Source: Diadema antillarum
Lineage: Eukaryota
DNA: 64,000 bases
Direction of reading: 5' to 3'
NCBI RefSeq assembly: GCF_040938485.1
Contig: NW_027271324.1
Location: 682,001-746,000, forward strand
The notes below the pieces were generated by a model. The model was not told the origin of the DNA, ran no database searches, and worked only from the letters and a program-made list of their open reading frames with translations. Numbering within the stretch: position 1 is the first letter of the stretch; each line of letters starts with the position of its first letter. Of the stretch, positions 63,369-64,000 are shown piece after piece. Both the position numbers and the translations under genes were made by a program.

Positions 63369-64000
63369 CACACACACACACCCACTAACACACACACACA
63401 CACACGCGCACACACAATACCAAACACTCGCACATAAATACAGTTCCAACATGAATACACGGGTGAATTGGTAATTACATGTTATGAAAGATTACGCGTA
63501 AATACGTAGGGCCTATAGAATCATCTATAAGGTTCAAATCCACTGTCACCAGAGAACGAGGAAGTGCAAGTGACTTCATATTTGTTAATGCGGAGTGTTC
63601 TGCCTCACTAAAACACATATCACTATGCATTCTGAACTTGCAGAACTCATAGTTCTGCGTCAATTATGTCTCAATTCATATACAAATTTTCATCGTTCTC
63701 TCTCATAAACTTTACAATATTCCATTTTCGCCTATAGTTGTCATTATTCCACGGACAATTATACTGGTGAATAGCGACTTAGTACTTTAGTATTCATAAA
63801 TTGTCTATGTTTCAAGGGAAATTAATCTTTGTGGGATATATAGTTGTTTTTTTCACGTCTCCTAAAATTATAGCTATACTCTCATTTCTACATAATAGAA
63901 GTAAACACATTTAAACAAAACTGAACATGTACCAGCAAAAAATAAACACTTAACACACATTTAAGTTGTAGATTGTAGAATTCATCTGCCTTCATAATTC
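63259..64000 (-). repeat. Right terminal inverted repeat (truncated by window end)
   Basis: Reverse complement of 53875-54544, with a longer (CA)n tract. Confidence 0.9.

Larger units (their letters stand above)
53239..64000. mobile_element. Compact Polinton/Maverick-type pPolB element with long TIRs (right end beyond window)
   Basis: 53875-54544 is the reverse complement of 63259-64000, apparently identical apart from the inner microsatellite region. The left terminus is inferred at AGTAGTATATATACG (53239), matching the Polinton 5'-AG/AGTAGT terminus. Encloses an intact pPolB. Confidence 0.8.

Overview
Animal genomic DNA: AT-rich, microsatellite-rich, with GT-AG introns and two N gaps (3806-3963, 33231-33359). 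The repeat style and GPCR type suggest a marine invertebrate such as an echinoderm (inference only). The window is dominated by three apparently intact DNA-element systems. (1) A complete 21.4-kb PIF/Harbinger transposon (2302-23679; perfect 27-bp TIRs, CAG TSD) with a 4-exon DDE transposase on + and a 3-exon Myb/SANT-like gene on -, packed with nested MITE/Helentron-type insertions. (2) An intronless 726-aa RAG1-core/Transib-like DDE transposase (26590-28770, -) directly downstream of a co-oriented 3-exon gene for a chromo-barrel (Tudor-knot) protein; no RAG2-like gene or TIRs were found. (3) A compact Polinton/Maverick-type element (from about 53239 to beyond the window end) with long, nearly identical TIRs. 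Its only detectable coding content is a protein-primed family B DNA polymerase, probably spliced to a 4x C2H2 zinc-finger exon; no integrase, ATPase, protease or capsid gene is visible. The one clear host gene is an intronless TRH-receptor-like class A GPCR (35322-36434). All domain assignments come from motifs read by eye; no searches were run.
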